Assembly (NCBI GenBank): GCA_028704885.1
Contig: JAQWEN010000001.1
Span: 651,203-715,202, forward strand
Length of the DNA: 64,000 nucleotides
Source of the DNA: Candidatus Shapirobacteria bacterium
GTDB lineage: Bacteria > Patescibacteriota > Microgenomatia > UBA12405
Direction of reading: 5' to 3'
Made by a program: the position numbers and the translations under genes
Notes under the pieces: generated by a model
The model's database searches: none
What the model was told of the DNA's origin: nothing
Seen by the model: the letters and a program-made list of their open reading frames with translations, nothing else
Shown: piece by piece, positions 62,824 to 64,000 of the stretch
Layout of the letters: every line of letters starts with the position of its first letter
How positions within the stretch are numbered: position 1 is the stretch's first letter

Positions 62824-64000
62824 TTAAGCTTTTTTAGATTTTATTTTTATTAATATAGGAATTAATCCAGATAAAATATTACCAATCCAAAAATAATTAC
62901 ATAACCAGCTAGGACCAAAACAGCAGTGAGATTTTAATAAACGACTATCAATAAAATATGTTGTTAAAGAAATTATTATGGGAATTAAAATATCTTTAGT
63001 TGGAAGTCTGAAATAAATTAAATTAATTAAAAAAGCGACAATAAATAAAAGAGGTAACCAATGTTTAGTACAAGAGGAATCTTGAGAACCTAATATTTTT
63101 GGTTCTTCAATTGAATTGTTTTCAGTGGTATCTCCTAAAACATTTGGTTGAAAACCGGTGGGAATGATATTGGTTGGAGTTACAGTGGCACCGGGATTAA
63201 TACAATATTCGGGAGTGCGACCGCCGGGCATACAACCATTTAAACTACGAACATAAAAACAATATTGAGCCCCTGGAGTTAAACTGCCAACGGTGTAAAA
63301 ATCTTCATTACCAACATTAGGATTACCGTAAATATAGTTGTTGGGATTTGGTCCATAAGCAATCAAATAACCAGTATGCGGGGAAGTTGAATGAGTCCAA
63401 TGGAGGGTAATTGACCCAGAAGAATTCGCGACAGCATAAAATCTAGTTGGAGCAGTGGGGACCGAATTAGTACACTCAGCAGTGCCTTGATTTGAAGATG
63501 GATTATCAGAAATACTTGATAAAACATCCCCTGTTTCTTCATCGCATTCGAAATTAAAATTAATGCCAAAATTAGTATTGAGATTTTGATAAACATTAGT
63601 GGCCTCTGAATCGAAAGTTACTGACCATAAATAACTATTTTTTTTATCTTTATTGACATGACCAAGCGAGACTACTGGTTTATTTGGATCTAATAAATCG
63701 CTTAAAGAATAATTTACTAAACTATAATCGTTTTCATTATTAGTGGCTAAAATATTGATAAGAATTTTTTGAGATAAAACATCTGGAATCTGACTACTGG
63801 AAACAGCTTTAAATTTTAATTGACAGGGAGCATTACGATTATTGTCAATATAAAAATTCTGAGATTTAGTAAAGCCTGGATAAATATTGGTTTCGTCAAA
63901 AAGGGGTAATTCTGAACTTTTAGTACATTCTGAACCAGAATTACAAGTAATGGTTATGTCGTTTCCGGCAAAAATTGGTTTAGATAAAAAAAGAGAGAGA
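62824..64000 (-). CDS. FN3-domain-containing membrane-anchored protein (5'-partial; N-terminus lies beyond the window end)
   Basis: The frame is open from 64000 down to the stop at 62824. The ORF track starts it at an internal TTG (63366). The upstream in-frame translation gives a textbook FN3 block ...VPTAPTRFYAVANSSGSITLHWTHSTSPHTGYLIAYGPNP...YTVGSLTPGAQYCFYVRSLNG. The C-terminus has 3 hydrophobic segments. Confidence 0.55.
   Translation of the reverse strand, partial: LSLFLSKPIFAGNDITITCNSGSECTKSSELPLFDETNIYPGFTKSQNFYIDNNRNAPCQLKFKAVSSSQIPDVLSQKILINILATNNENDYSLVNYSLSDLLDPNKPVVSLGHVNKDKKNSYLWSVTFDSEATNVYQNLNTNFGINFNFECDEETGDVLSSISDNPSSNQGTAECTNSVPTAPTRFYAVANSSGSITLHWTHSTSPHTGYLIAYGPNPNNYIYGNPNVGNEDFYTVGSLTPGAQYCFYVRSLNGCMPGGRTPEYCINPGATVTPTNIIPTGFQPNVLGDTTENNSIEEPKILGSQDSSCTKHWLPLLFIVAFLINLIYFRLPTKDILIPIIISLTTYFIDSRLLKSHCCFGPSWLCNYFWIGNILSGLIPILIKIKSKKA

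Noticed and set aside
63363-63596. 77-aa minus-strand ORF
   Set aside because: Lies in a different frame within the continuous FN3-protein ORF that runs from the window end to 62824.

Overview
This 64 kb window is AT-rich (about 30-35% GC by eye) with short intergenic spacers, and nearly all genes sit on the minus strand. The gene content looks like a Candidate Phyla Radiation (Patescibacteria-type) bacterium; this is an inference. Evidence for it includes a short IF-2, gatCAB, FemAB, sortase-anchored giant surface proteins, a two-subunit 2-oxoacid:ferredoxin oxidoreductase and PilN/PilO.

Conserved housekeeping blocks are present:
- nusA-infB-(DHH-like)-(small protein)-rpsO-pnp
- hrcA-grpE-dnaK-dnaJ
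- dut and rmuC beside a UvrD-family helicase-nuclease
- gatC-gatA-gatB
- rpsT, metG, tatD, folD and map

Accessory and noteworthy content:
1. At the window start (1-3296) is a tight three-gene operon. It encodes a thymidylate-kinase-family P-loop kinase, a viperin-like radical SAM enzyme (prokaryotic viperin candidate) and a NodU/CmcH/TobZ-type carbamoyltransferase. The kinase + viperin pair matches the known antiviral pVip architecture. The carbamoyltransferase partner is, to my knowledge, not a described component, so this is the best candidate for a novel defence or nucleotide-modification system.
2. Two small orphan genes (20480-21397) are each driven by a nearly identical strong sigma70-like promoter plus a conserved leader palindrome. 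One of them is bounded by perfect 15-bp inverted repeats.
3. A family of four roughly 45-bp GC-rich double-hairpin elements all lie in the same orientation. One of them sits in-frame inside a membrane-protein CDS.
4. A cell-envelope cluster spans 27993-36208: a UbiA-family prenyltransferase, a PAP2 phosphatase, two GT-C membrane glycosyltransferases, a GT4 and a LysM-tailed polytopic protein. It resembles the mycobacterial decaprenyl-phospho-ribose pathway.
5. A giant surface protein (3112 codons from its ATG at 62711; 3121 in the ORF track from an upstream TTG) has a vWA domain and about 15 tandem beta-sandwich repeats. A sortase lies immediately downstream, and non-canonical xPxTG-like sorting signals are present, including one internal signal followed in-frame by a signal-peptide-like segment.

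No rRNA, tRNA, CRISPR array, transposase or integrase was recognised.
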